Assembly (NCBI GenBank): GCA_965228735.1
Contig: OZ245838.1
Location: forward strand, 5,984,001 to 6,048,000
Origin: Planctomycetota bacterium
GTDB lineage: Bacteria; Planctomycetota; UBA1135; UBA2386
Length of the DNA stretch: 64,000 bases
Direction: 5' to 3'
The notes beneath the pieces are model-generated. The model ran no database searches, was not told the DNA's origin, and saw nothing but the letters and a program-made list of their open reading frames with translations. Shown here one piece after another: positions 1-8,920 of the stretch (its first letter is position 1; each line of letters starts with the position of its first letter). Both the position numbers and the translations under genes were made by a program.

Positions 1-1566
1 GTTCGCGGCGACACCCTGGCGGCGAACGTCCCAGACATCCCAGTCCGGCGGGTTCGCGCCGCCGTAGGCCGACAGGCAGAGGCTGATTCCGTGCTCGGGG
101 AGGGCCTGCCGGACGGCCTCGGTCATGTCCTTCTCCCACCCGAACGGATAGGCGAACCAGCGGTCCCCGGGGTTGTTCGGCAGCTCACGGCGAAGGTCGG
201 CGGACGCCGACTCGATGGCGCTCAGCGCGTCGGCGAGCGGCGCCTCTGCCACGTTCGTGTGCAGCTGCGTGTGGTTGCCGAACGTGAAGCCGCGGCGGCT
301 CATCTCGCGCACTTCCTCCCAGGTCAGCGACGGCGGTGGGTCATCGACCTCGGCGTCGTAGGGGAACTTCGCGTCGCTGTCGACGATGCGCGTGGACAGG
401 AAGAAGGTGGCCGGGATGCCGTGGCGCCGGAGCAGGCGCGACGCGTTGAAGTTGTCCCGGTAGCCGTCGTCGAACGTGACGACGACGACCGGACGCTGCC
501 GCGGCTTGCCTCGTTCCTCGACGAACGTTTGCAGGTCGAGAAGGTCGTACCGATGGCGCAGGATCGCGAGCTGGCGCTCGAACTGTTCGACGCCGGTCGA
601 GATCGAGTCGTGGAACGCGTCGTCGATCCGGTGCCAGAGCAGCACGATTGCGTGGCATTGTCCCTTCCGCCCGCGGGACCAGTTGCGAAGTGGCACCCAC
701 AGGTGGACGAAGCTCCACAGGGCGGCGCCCTTGATCAGGTTGCGCGGCAGGCCGGCCAGCCCGCGAGAGCCCGGTCGGCGGTTCAGGGCGCGGCGACGGA
801 TCCGCCGGTTCAGCAGCAGCGGTGGGCGCGAACGGGTCGGGGTCCTCGCTTCGCCCTGTGGCGTCCGCGTGGCGGTGCCGGCGTCGATGTGTCGCACGGC
901 GTCGACGAGGGCGTCGAGGCCGAGCTGATCGAGCACGATTCGCAGGCCGTCGGGCGTCGCGAACCTCGCGATCGGCAGCTCGCGCTGCAGGACGACGTCG
1001 CCCGTGTCGAGACCGCGCTCCATCCAGTGCACGCTGACTCCGGCCGTGTCGGCCCCGTCGTGCATCTCCCAGAATCCCGCCGGCATGCCCCGGTACTCGG
1101 GGAGCACGCTCTTGTGGAGGTTGATCGTCCCGAGCTCCGGGATCCCGAAGAGCTCCTCCTTCAGGATGGGGGCGCCGACGGACACGCCGAGCCACGGCCG
1201 GAATGCGGCGACCCTGGCCAGGCACTTCGGATCATGGATCCAGCCGAAGTGCTCGGCCTCGACGCCGTCGAGGTCTTCGCATCGCGGCAGGCCAACGTCC
1301 CCGCTTTCCGACCTCTCTCGTCGGCGCGAGATGACGAGACCGATCTTCTCCAGCACCTGCCCCGCCAGCTCGAGCGGGTAGGACAGCGGCTGTCGGCCGA
1401 GGCGCCGGAGCTTGTTCCGGAGCCAGCGCGATCGTGCGATCTTCGGGTCGCCCGCGACGACGAGGAACTGCGCGTCGGGAAACGCGAGATGGAGCGCCTC
1501 GACGGCCTCGACCGTTCCCGGATCGGACACTCGGGTCGTGAAGATGGCGATGCGGCGGGATTCCAT
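1..1566 (-). CDS. Formyltransferase (Fmt-like N domain) fused to polysaccharide deacetylase (NodB/CE4); 3' end runs off window
   Basis: Not in the ORF track because there is no stop in the window. Manual translation from ATG at 1566 (MESRRIAIF) gives INLHKSVLPEYRG and GVSVHWMERGLDTGD (formyltransferase), then LLWHRI, VTFDDGYRDN, PATFF, FGNHTQLH and FAYPFG (CE4). Confidence 0.85.
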   Translation of the reverse strand, partial: MESRRIAIFTTRVSDPGTVEAVEALHLAFPDAQFLVVAGDPKIARSRWLRNKLRRLGRQPLSYPLELAGQVLEKIGLVISRRRERSESGDVGLPRCEDLDGVEAEHFGWIHDPKCLARVAAFRPWLGVSVGAPILKEELFGIPELGTINLHKSVLPEYRGMPAGFWEMHDGADTAGVSVHWMERGLDTGDVVLQRELPIARFATPDGLRIVLDQLGLDALVDAVRHIDAGTATRTPQGEARTPTRSRPPLLLNRRIRRRALNRRPGSRGLAGLPRNLIKGAALWSFVHLWVPLRNWSRGRKGQCHAIVLLWHRIDDAFHDSISTGVEQFERQLAILRHRYDLLDLQTFVEERGKPRQRPVVVVTFDDGYRDNFNASRLLRRHGIPATFFLSTRIVDSDAKFPYDAEVDDPPPSLTWEEVREMSRRGFTFGNHTQLHTNVAEAPLADALSAIESASADLRRELPNNPGDRWFAYPFGWEKDMTEAVRQALPEHGISLCLSAYGGANPPDWDVWDVRRQGVAAN

Positions 1567-1668
1567 GAGGGCCGCGCGGAGGATAGCGAATCGAGCCGCT
1601 CACGGTCGCGCTCGAATCGAGTCGAATCGCGAGCTGGCAGGCGAACGGCCCGTGCGCCGGCGAGCGCG

Positions 1669-2277
1669 CTATTGCCGCGGCGCGATCGGCGTGCGCAGGT
1701 GGCCAACGATCACGTAGTTCTGTGGATCGAATCGCGACCCTTCGCCAGACCAGCGCACCTGGCCGTGGTGCACGTGCTGCGCGCCGGCCGCGTGATCGTC
1801 GAGCAGCAGTCGGATCGCGAAGTGCACGGACGGAAACGCGAGCTCGTCCCACGGCAGTTCGTCGAACGGAAAGAACCGGGCCTCGAGCGTTTCGTCGCCA
1901 GCACCGAACTCGGGCCGCAGCAGCTGCGCGCGGAAGATCGCGTAATGCTGTCCGATGTGCGTGAGGTCGAGAAAGCTGTGCGGCGCGGTGATCTCGACGT
2001 CGGCGAGCGCCTCCTCGCGGGTCTCGCGCTTCGCGCCCTCGGCGATGGTCTCGCCCAGCTCGAGGAACCCCGCCGGCGTCGTCCACTTGCCGTGCGCGGG
2101 CTCGATCGCGCGGCGGCACAGGAGCAGTTCGTCCTCGCGCTCGACGAGGCAACCGACGACGACAACGGGGTTCTGGTAGTGCACGAAGTCACACTTCGTG
2201 CAGATCGACCGGTCGCGGTCGTCGCCGGGCGGCATGCGTTGGGCGATGTCGCCGCCGCACTGGCTGCAGAACTTCAT
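1669..2277 (-). CDS. Zinc-ribbon NUDIX hydrolase (ADP-ribose/FAD pyrophosphatase-like)
   Basis: MKFCSQCG...CTKCDFVHYQNP zinc ribbon; Nudix box GFLELGETIAEGAKRETREE. Start moved from 2784 to 2277. Confidence 0.9.
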   Translation of the reverse strand: MKFCSQCGGDIAQRMPPGDDRDRSICTKCDFVHYQNPVVVVGCLVEREDELLLCRRAIEPAHGKWTTPAGFLELGETIAEGAKRETREEALADVEITAPHSFLDLTHIGQHYAIFRAQLLRPEFGAGDETLEARFFPFDELPWDELAFPSVHFAIRLLLDDHAAGAQHVHHGQVRWSGEGSRFDPQNYVIVGHLRTPIAPRQ

Positions 2278-2358
2278 TCCGAGCAGCGTAGCGGCCGCGC
2301 TCGCCGGCATCGCCGATTGTCCGGCAGACCGACGACGGAGATGGCATGATGACGCGCC

Positions 2359-3678
2359 ATGCCCGCCTCGCCCCGGTCCGTCCTCCGCGCACTTGCCGCC
2401 CTGACCTTGGCCTCGCCGTTCGCGGCGGCGCAGGAATGGCCGGGCTGGCGTGGCCCGACGGCGAACGGTCACGCGGCTGCGGCCGATCCGCCGGTGAGCT
2501 GGAGCGAGGACGAGAACGTGCTCTGGCGCGTCGATCTCCCGGGCGTCGGTACGTCGACGCCGGTCGTCGTTGGCGATCGCCTCTACCTGACGACGGCCGT
2601 CCCCAACGACCGCGAGGTGCAGATCCCGGCCCGCAAGGCGCAGGCGCCTGGGGGCGAGGAGATGTCGTTCCCGGCGGCGACCGTGGCGGGCCAGGACCTG
2701 ATCCTGATGGCGTTCGATCGTCACACCGGCGAAGAGCTGCTGCGCGTCGTCCTGGGTGACGGCACGCCCGTCGAGAAGGGGCACGAGACGTCGAGCTCCG
2801 CATCGCCGTCACCGGTAACCGACGGGGAGCGGATCTACGCGCCGTTCGGTTCCATGGGGCTATTCTGCACCGACCTCGCGGGTGAGGTGCTGTGGCAGCG
2901 CGATCTCGGCGACAAGCTCATGGCCAACTTCGGCGAAGGCAGCTCGCCGGCGTTGGCGAACGGCGTGCTCGTCGTGTCGTGGGACCACGAGGGGCCGTCG
3001 TTCGTCGTCGGGCTCGACAGCAAGACCGGGAAGGAGCTGTGGCGGCAGGAGCGCGCGAGCTTTCCGTCGTGGGCGTCACCCGTGATCGTCGAGGTCGACG
3101 GCCGTCACCAGGTCATCGCGGCAGCCAGCGGTGTCACGCACGGGTACGACCTGCAGACGGGTGCGCCGATCTGGCAGGCGAAGAACCCGACGATCGTTCC
3201 CATAGCCGGCCCGCTCGTCGCCGACGGCGTGGCCTACGTGATGAACAACTACCAGAAGCCGTTCGTCCACGCGCTGCAGTTGAGTGGCGCCAAGGGCGAG
3301 CTCACCGGCACGGAGCACGAGCTTTGGACCTATCGCCGCAGTGCGACGTCCGTGCCCATGCCGTGGGTCGCGAACGGTCTGCTCTTCTTCCTGCGTGGCA
3401 ACACCGGCACGTTGCAGTGCCTCGACGCGGCGACGGGTGAGGTCGTCTACGACGGACAGCGCCTGCGTCAGAAGCAGATCTTCGCGTCGCCGGTCGTTGT
3501 CGGAGATCGCATCTACCTGCCGGCCCGCAGCGGCGAGACGATCGTGTTCCGCGCCGGTCGCGAGTACGAGGAGCTCGCCCGCAACGAGCTCGACGCCGTC
3601 TTCGACGCGAGCCCGGTCGTCATCGGCGACCGGCTCTATCTGCGCGGTCGGACGAAGCTCTACTGCATCGGCGAATAG
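2359..3678 (+). CDS. Secreted PQQ-like (BamB-type) beta-propeller protein
   Basis: Signal peptide ending AAA|QEWPGWRGP; repeated SxPVV...G..LW blade motifs. Confidence 0.85.
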   Translation: MPASPRSVLRALAALTLASPFAAAQEWPGWRGPTANGHAAAADPPVSWSEDENVLWRVDLPGVGTSTPVVVGDRLYLTTAVPNDREVQIPARKAQAPGGEEMSFPAATVAGQDLILMAFDRHTGEELLRVVLGDGTPVEKGHETSSSASPSPVTDGERIYAPFGSMGLFCTDLAGEVLWQRDLGDKLMANFGEGSSPALANGVLVVSWDHEGPSFVVGLDSKTGKELWRQERASFPSWASPVIVEVDGRHQVIAAASGVTHGYDLQTGAPIWQAKNPTIVPIAGPLVADGVAYVMNNYQKPFVHALQLSGAKGELTGTEHELWTYRRSATSVPMPWVANGLLFFLRGNTGTLQCLDAATGEVVYDGQRLRQKQIFASPVVVGDRIYLPARSGETIVFRAGREYEELARNELDAVFDASPVVIGDRLYLRGRTKLYCIGE

Positions 3679-3688
3679 CGGGCGGGCC

Positions 3689-3730
3689 CAGTAAGGGCAG
3701 AGTCAGTAAGGGCAGAGTCAGTAAGGGCAG
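3689..3730. repeat. 15-bp tandem repeat CAGTAAGGGCAGAGT x2.8 between convergent genes
   Basis: Read directly at 3689-3703, 3704-3718 and 3719-3730 (partial). Confidence 0.95.
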
Positions 3731-3748
3731 GCCGAGTGCTGGCAGGGC

Positions 3749-5998
3749 TCAGTCGTCGAGCCGCAGCAGCGGCGTCTTGCCGCGTGGATCCTGCAGAACG
3801 AGCGCGTTGGCGACACCGTTCTCGCCGAGTTCGATCGTCAGCGTCACGGGGATGCCCTCGATCGGGTAGGCCCCGTCCTTGGCCCGCTCGACGGCGAGTC
3901 GCAGTTCGTTGTCCGGCATGACGAACCAGGCCTCGCCGTCGTGCACACGCAACTCGACGATCGCGTCGCGCAGCGGCGTGTCCGTCTTCTCCGCCTGGTA
4001 GCGGGCGCCCAACGCGCTCGCGAACCGGGTCTTCAACTCGGCTTCGTCGCGCGCGATCTCGGCCGGCGTTCGCGTGAGCCGTTGCACGCCGATGGGCATG
4101 GTGAACAGGTCCTCGGCTGGCGTGATCCACTCCGCCGCCATGATCGTCATCACGTGTTCCTGCCCGTCCTCGGCGCGGAAGCGCGTGATGCGCTCGGGCA
4201 GCGTCAGCCCCTCGATGTCCTGGCTGCCCTGCAGGATCAGCGTCGAGAGCCCCGTGCCCTCGCTGCCGACCAGGCGGCCGCCGTCGACGTCGAAGTAGAA
4301 CGTGCGCGTCAGAAGAGCGCCGTCCTCGGCTTCGCCGATCACGTTTCGCACGCGCCAGCAGTCCGTCTCGGCGAAGCGCGCGGGTTCGGGCGGCATCGCG
4401 TTCTCGGGGCATGCTGGCGCGAACAGATCGCGCAGCGGGAACAGCATCTGGTGTTCGCGCAGCTCCTCGCCCCTGATGATCCGCGGCCCCTGCGGCTCGA
4501 TGGCCCACGCCATGTCGCCGTCGAACGTGTAGGACAGCCCGCCCTCGTCGAGGTCGAGATGCCAACGGTTCGGCGCGACGAGCGTCCAGGTCATGGGCTC
4601 GGGCTCGAGGCCGCGCAGCGGGATCGCCCACGTGCCGCGCAGCTGCAGCGCCTCGCCGGGGCGGTCGAGCCGGTCCGGAGCGACCGCTTCGTTGTGGGCG
4701 TCGAACAGCGCCGTGGCTGCGGGCACGTCTTTCGGGGCCCTCACGTCCGCGTCCGGCTGCACCTCGGCGACCGCATCCGATCGCCGGCGATGGTCGAGAC
4801 AACGCATGTCACCGAGGCTGTTGCGCACGTAGACGAGTCCGTCGACGAGCACGGGCGTGGTCCAGTAGACGCCGCCGTCGAGCACCTTCTGGCGCGAGAG
4901 TTCCTTGAACTCGCCGGGCGTCGCCGCCGCGACGATCAGCTCGCCGTCCGAGGTCAGGATCAGCAGCCGGTCGCCCGCCAGGGTCAGCGCGCCGAGCCCG
5001 AGCCCGCGCTTGCGCCACTTGGAACGGCCGTTCGTGTCGATGCAGCGCAGCATCGACTCGTCGAAGCCGTAGAGGTGGCCGTCATGCAGAACGCACGCGG
5101 TGACCTTGTTGCGCATGAAGCGGTTGGCCCACGTCTTGAGCGCCGCCTTGTCGTCGCCGAGCTGCAGCATCGCGCAGCCCTTGTCGTAGGCCGTGGACAG
5201 GAACACCCGGTTCTCGTCGATCACGAGCGGGGCCGCGCAGTGCACGGCGTTGCCCTTGAGCGGCCACGGGTAGTCGTGGAGCACTGCGCCCGTCGTGCGT
5301 TCGAACACGTAGAACATCGGGCCGAGCACGGCAGCGATCGCCGGCTTGCCACGGGCAGTCAGCAGCGTCGGATCGGAGTAGGCCATGTCGCCCTCGTCCT
5401 TGCTCTGCCACACGAGGTCGCCCGATTTGCGATCGAAGGCGGCGAGCACGCCGCCGAACTGCAGGTAGATGTGATCGCCTTCCACGATCGGCGACGCGCA
5501 GAAGCCGTGGAACGTCTTCTCGAGCTTCAGCTCGGCGTCGTAGTCGCGAGCCCACGCGACCTTGCCCGTCGCGAGCTCGAGCACGTGGAACTTGCCGTGC
5601 CGGCTGAGGCAGTAGACGAGACCGCCGGCGATCGCAGGCGTGGTCAGCGTGCCGCCGCCGTGATACTGCGGCTTGTCCGTGGCCGCGAACTCGAAGCGCC
5701 AGAGCTCCGCGCCCGTCTTGCTGTCGAGGCAGAGGACACGGTCGACGCCCGCGCCTTCGTCGAACCCCATCGTCACGAGCCGGCCAGCGACGATGGACGG
5801 GCACGAGTAGCCGCGGCCGACGTTCTTGCTCCAGAGCGGGTCGGGGCGTCCGGCGGCGGCCCAGTTGCTCGCCGCGACCGCGCCCGTGCGGTCCGGACCG
5901 CGATAGTGCGGCCAGGCGTCGTTTCCCACCTCTGCTTGTGGCAGCGGGACGGACAGGATGGCGGACAGGGCGGCGGCGACACCGGCGGACATCGTCAT
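3749..5998 (-). CDS. Secreted PQQ-like beta-propeller with ~280-aa C-terminal extension of unknown function
   Basis: WPHYRGP start motif, propeller blades ending WTTPVLVDGLVYVR, then extra beta-rich domain(s). Start moved to MTMSAG at 5998. Confidence 0.8.
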   Translation of the reverse strand: MTMSAGVAAALSAILSVPLPQAEVGNDAWPHYRGPDRTGAVAASNWAAAGRPDPLWSKNVGRGYSCPSIVAGRLVTMGFDEGAGVDRVLCLDSKTGAELWRFEFAATDKPQYHGGGTLTTPAIAGGLVYCLSRHGKFHVLELATGKVAWARDYDAELKLEKTFHGFCASPIVEGDHIYLQFGGVLAAFDRKSGDLVWQSKDEGDMAYSDPTLLTARGKPAIAAVLGPMFYVFERTTGAVLHDYPWPLKGNAVHCAAPLVIDENRVFLSTAYDKGCAMLQLGDDKAALKTWANRFMRNKVTACVLHDGHLYGFDESMLRCIDTNGRSKWRKRGLGLGALTLAGDRLLILTSDGELIVAAATPGEFKELSRQKVLDGGVYWTTPVLVDGLVYVRNSLGDMRCLDHRRRSDAVAEVQPDADVRAPKDVPAATALFDAHNEAVAPDRLDRPGEALQLRGTWAIPLRGLEPEPMTWTLVAPNRWHLDLDEGGLSYTFDGDMAWAIEPQGPRIIRGEELREHQMLFPLRDLFAPACPENAMPPEPARFAETDCWRVRNVIGEAEDGALLTRTFYFDVDGGRLVGSEGTGLSTLILQGSQDIEGLTLPERITRFRAEDGQEHVMTIMAAEWITPAEDLFTMPIGVQRLTRTPAEIARDEAELKTRFASALGARYQAEKTDTPLRDAIVELRVHDGEAWFVMPDNELRLAVERAKDGAYPIEGIPVTLTIELGENGVANALVLQDPRGKTPLLRLDD

Positions 5999-6032
5999 GC
6001 CGCGAAGTGTAGCGGCACCCACGACCAAACGA

Positions 6033-6098
6033 GCCCGTACGGTACCCGGTTCGAGGTGCAAGGCATGCCTTGCACCTCGAACCGGGTACCGTACGGGC
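6033..6098. repeat. Perfect 66-bp palindrome with no loop
   Basis: GCCCGTACGGTACCCGGTTCGAGGTGCAAGGCA|TGCCTTGCACCTCGAACCGGGTACCGTACGGGC; the 33-bp arms are exact reverse complements. Confidence 0.95.
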
Positions 6099-6101
6099 CC
6101 G

Positions 6102-8195
6102 TCAGTAGTCTTGCCACTCGCCGCGGACCCAGATGCGGATCGAGTGGTCCGCGGGGTCGCGGCTGGCGGGGATGCCGGCGAGGGTGAGGAGGTCGATGCG
6201 GTCGAACCGCTGGTCGGGGCCGATCGCGTCCGGATTGTCGAACTCGCCCAGCGCGTCATAGATCATGCGGATGCGGGGAGAGCGCCCGTTCTTCAGCACC
6301 TTGCGCCACGGCGCCGCGAGCCAGCGGCGGGCGAGGTGACGCTGCACGTTGATCGGCATCGCGCGGATCGTGTCGCGGTGCAGCTCGATCCAGCGTCTCG
6401 GAATCGACGGGTCGGCCACGCTTCCCGAATCCGCGGCGGCGGCGGCGACCGCGGCGGCGACGAGAACGGGGGTGTCGCAGTAGTGCTCGTTGAGCCGGAG
6501 CATCGCGCGAAACACGGCTCGGTTCCGGCGCACGAACGCGGCCAGTTCGGGCGCTTCGGCGTCGAGCTCGGTGACGAAGACCCGGAAGAGCAACTCGACC
6601 GGCTGGCCGTCGAGCATCGGCGGCGCGCTCGCATAGCTCGTGATCCGCTGCACCGTGACCTCGTAGTCCTCCGTGGCCTCGAGGTCGGACCAGGTGGCCT
6701 CGACCTCGGGCACGGGGCCGACGTCGCCGAGGGCCTTGTGCAGCGTGCGCGCCGCGCGCTGCGGCCGTTCTCCGAGCGCCAACCGCGGCGAATAGCCGGC
6801 GCTCAGCAACGCCCACATCATGTCGCCGCCGAGCGGGATCTCGACGTCCTTGCCGGCGTAGAACGCGGTGCGGACGTCGTCGTACCGGCGGGTGCCGATC
6901 GCCCTGAGCAAGGCGTCGCGGTCGAGGTGGCCGTGCTCGATGGCGTGGCCGACGAGCCACGGCGTGAGCCGTTCGATCGCGAGGCTCTGCAGCGGCCCGC
7001 TCGGATCCCGCAGGTCGAACAGGGCGTGCCAATCAGTCGGCGCCGGTCCCGGCCCGGGCGCCGGTGTTGCCCTTCGAGCCGAGTCGATCACCGTTCGGTT
7101 CGCCGCGGCGCGGCGCTCGAGCCACGCGACCCACGGGAGCATCGCGCCGGGCGCGATGTCACTCGTCACCGCGGCGAGCGCGAGGTCCGGCCGGCAGTCG
7201 ACGTTCGTCAGCAGCAGGTCGAGGCGCGCGTTCACGCGCGCGCTCTCGGGGGTGGTCGCGTCGGGCAGTTCGCCCGTGGCGTCGATCGCGGCCCGTCGCG
7301 CGCGGGCCGGCGCCAGTTGCCCGAACGTGCGCCGCAGGACCCGGCGCTCGACCGGGCGCAGCCAGTGGCCCGCGCCCGCGCACTCGATGTGGTTGGCGTT
7401 GAGCACGTAGAGGCGGCCGTCGCCTGCGCGCACCGCTCGGCGGAATCGCGCGTTCTCGGCTTCCGACACGAAGTAGTCGGCGTTCTGCGGCAGGAAGCAC
7501 AGCAGCGGGCACGGCGCGTTCGCAAGCGCGCCGAAGACGTCGATGTCCGCGACCTCGCCGACGAACAGGTCGACGAACCGGGCCAGCGGGGTCCACAGCA
7601 CGTCGTCGATCACGTTGAACGCAACGGTGCGCGGGTCGATCGGCGCGATGACGGTCCAGAGTGCCGGACGGATGCCGGCGTGGACGAGGGCGCTGCCGCC
7701 GACCGTGCCGAGCGACGTCGTGCGCAGCACGATGCGTTCTTCGTCGCCGCCGACGCGGTCGAGCGCGGCCTGCCACATGGCGGTCGTGTCGGCGACGAGG
7801 TTCTGCACGTCGCGTTCGCCGGACGAGGCGCCGACGCCGCGATAGTCGAGCATCAACGACGCGTAGCCGAGATCGCGCAGCTCCCACAGGACGGGGTAGC
7901 CGCAGACGCCGAGCGCGCTGACCTCGGGCTGGCAGCCGGCCGTGGCCGAGCTGCGGGCCTCGAGCACGTGCAGGACGAGCGGGCCGCTGGCTCGGTCGGG
8001 CGCCGGCACGTAGACGCCGCGCAGCGTCTCGCCGTGGACCGGGACCTCGATGATCTCGGTCGCGGGCGGCAGCAGCGCGCGGTCGAAGCCGTCGTGCCCG
8101 CCGGCCATGACGGCGGGCGGGCTGATGCAGGCGGGCAGCAGCGCGAGCGCTGTCAGGGCGGCGATCCGGGCACGGGTCGTCATGGCGGGCGACAC
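6102..8195 (-). CDS. Lipoprotein with N-terminal alpha/beta-hydrolase-like domain and long unknown C-terminal region
   Basis: Lipobox LLPAC; LDYRGVGASSG and TTSLG nucleophile-elbow-like motif. Start may be 8183. Confidence 0.6.
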   Translation of the reverse strand: MSPAMTTRARIAALTALALLPACISPPAVMAGGHDGFDRALLPPATEIIEVPVHGETLRGVYVPAPDRASGPLVLHVLEARSSATAGCQPEVSALGVCGYPVLWELRDLGYASLMLDYRGVGASSGERDVQNLVADTTAMWQAALDRVGGDEERIVLRTTSLGTVGGSALVHAGIRPALWTVIAPIDPRTVAFNVIDDVLWTPLARFVDLFVGEVADIDVFGALANAPCPLLCFLPQNADYFVSEAENARFRRAVRAGDGRLYVLNANHIECAGAGHWLRPVERRVLRRTFGQLAPARARRAAIDATGELPDATTPESARVNARLDLLLTNVDCRPDLALAAVTSDIAPGAMLPWVAWLERRAAANRTVIDSARRATPAPGPGPAPTDWHALFDLRDPSGPLQSLAIERLTPWLVGHAIEHGHLDRDALLRAIGTRRYDDVRTAFYAGKDVEIPLGGDMMWALLSAGYSPRLALGERPQRAARTLHKALGDVGPVPEVEATWSDLEATEDYEVTVQRITSYASAPPMLDGQPVELLFRVFVTELDAEAPELAAFVRRNRAVFRAMLRLNEHYCDTPVLVAAAVAAAAADSGSVADPSIPRRWIELHRDTIRAMPINVQRHLARRWLAAPWRKVLKNGRSPRIRMIYDALGEFDNPDAIGPDQRFDRIDLLTLAGIPASRDPADHSIRIWVRGEWQDY

Positions 8196-8234
8196 ACGCT
8201 ACTCGTAGACCGCTCGATGGGGCAAACTCCCACG

Positions 8235-8708
8235 ATGCCCGACGACGACCAGCGCGCCGCACTCCGAGGTGAGTTCCACTTCAGCACCGAGGTGCGCGTG
8301 CGCCTGCCCGAAACCGACGCGATGGGCGTCGTCTTCCACGGCAACTACTTCACGTACCTCGAGGTCGGCCGCGTCGACTACCTGCTCAACCTCGGTCTCA
8401 CGGAGGGCAATCGCCCGATTCGCGACTTCGAGAACGTCGTCGTCTCGGCGCATCTCGATTTTCGGGCGCCGGCCCGGCTGCACGACCTCCTCAAGATCGA
8501 GGTGCGGGTGGCGGAGATCCGCACCGCGAGCATTCGCTTCGAGTTCCGGCTGCGCAATCGGCGGACGAACGAGCTCGTCGCCGAGGGGCACACCGTGCAC
8601 TGCGCCATCGCCGACGACTTTCGGCCGATGCCGGTGCCCGAATCGTTCCGCGTGACGATCCAGGAATTCGAGCAGCGTTCGTTCGAGTTGCCCCCGAAGC
8701 CCGAATAG
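8235..8708 (+). CDS. Acyl-CoA thioesterase, 4HBT/YbgC hot-dog family
   Basis: VRVRLPETDAMGVVFHGNYFTYLEVGR signature; only the 3' part of track ORF 5958..8708. Confidence 0.9.
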   Translation: MPDDDQRAALRGEFHFSTEVRVRLPETDAMGVVFHGNYFTYLEVGRVDYLLNLGLTEGNRPIRDFENVVVSAHLDFRAPARLHDLLKIEVRVAEIRTASIRFEFRLRNRRTNELVAEGHTVHCAIADDFRPMPVPESFRVTIQEFEQRSFELPPKPE

Positions 8709-8718
8709 TGCGTTGCCC

Positions 8719-8907
8719 TCAGATCGACTCGGGCTCGGCGTCGACGCGCCACGCGTCACTGCCCTCGGAGCGCACGTGCAGGACGACCGGGCTGCAGCAC
8801 ACCGGACAATCCTCGACGTAGGTCTGCTCGTCGCCCGCGGACGGGTCGATCGGGACGACGATCGTCTCGCCGCAGAACGGGCAGGTGTAGTCCGATTCCG
8901 GCAGCAT
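8719..8907 (-). CDS. Small CPxCG-motif cysteine-rich protein
   Basis: CPFCGE...YVEDCPVCCSP, 62 aa. Confidence 0.85.
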   Translation of the reverse strand: MLPESDYTCPFCGETIVVPIDPSAGDEQTYVEDCPVCCSPVVLHVRSEGSDAWRVDAEPESI

Positions 8908-8920
8908 CGCAGAACGGGAC

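Noticed and set aside
91..2349. 752-aa plus-strand ORF
   Set aside because: Antisense shadow of the formyltransferase-deacetylase and NUDIX genes; no motifs, typical high-GC artefact.
3689..3730. Possible mini CRISPR array
   Set aside because: Repeats are contiguous with no spacers, and there are no cas genes.
5958..8234. Apparent long N-terminal extension of the thioesterase
   Set aside because: Overlaps the minus-strand lipoprotein gene; only the last ~157 aa look like a real protein.
8719..8907. Cys-rich peptide as a RiPP precursor
   Set aside because: Matches the common CPxCG small zinc-ribbon-like family; no maturase nearby.
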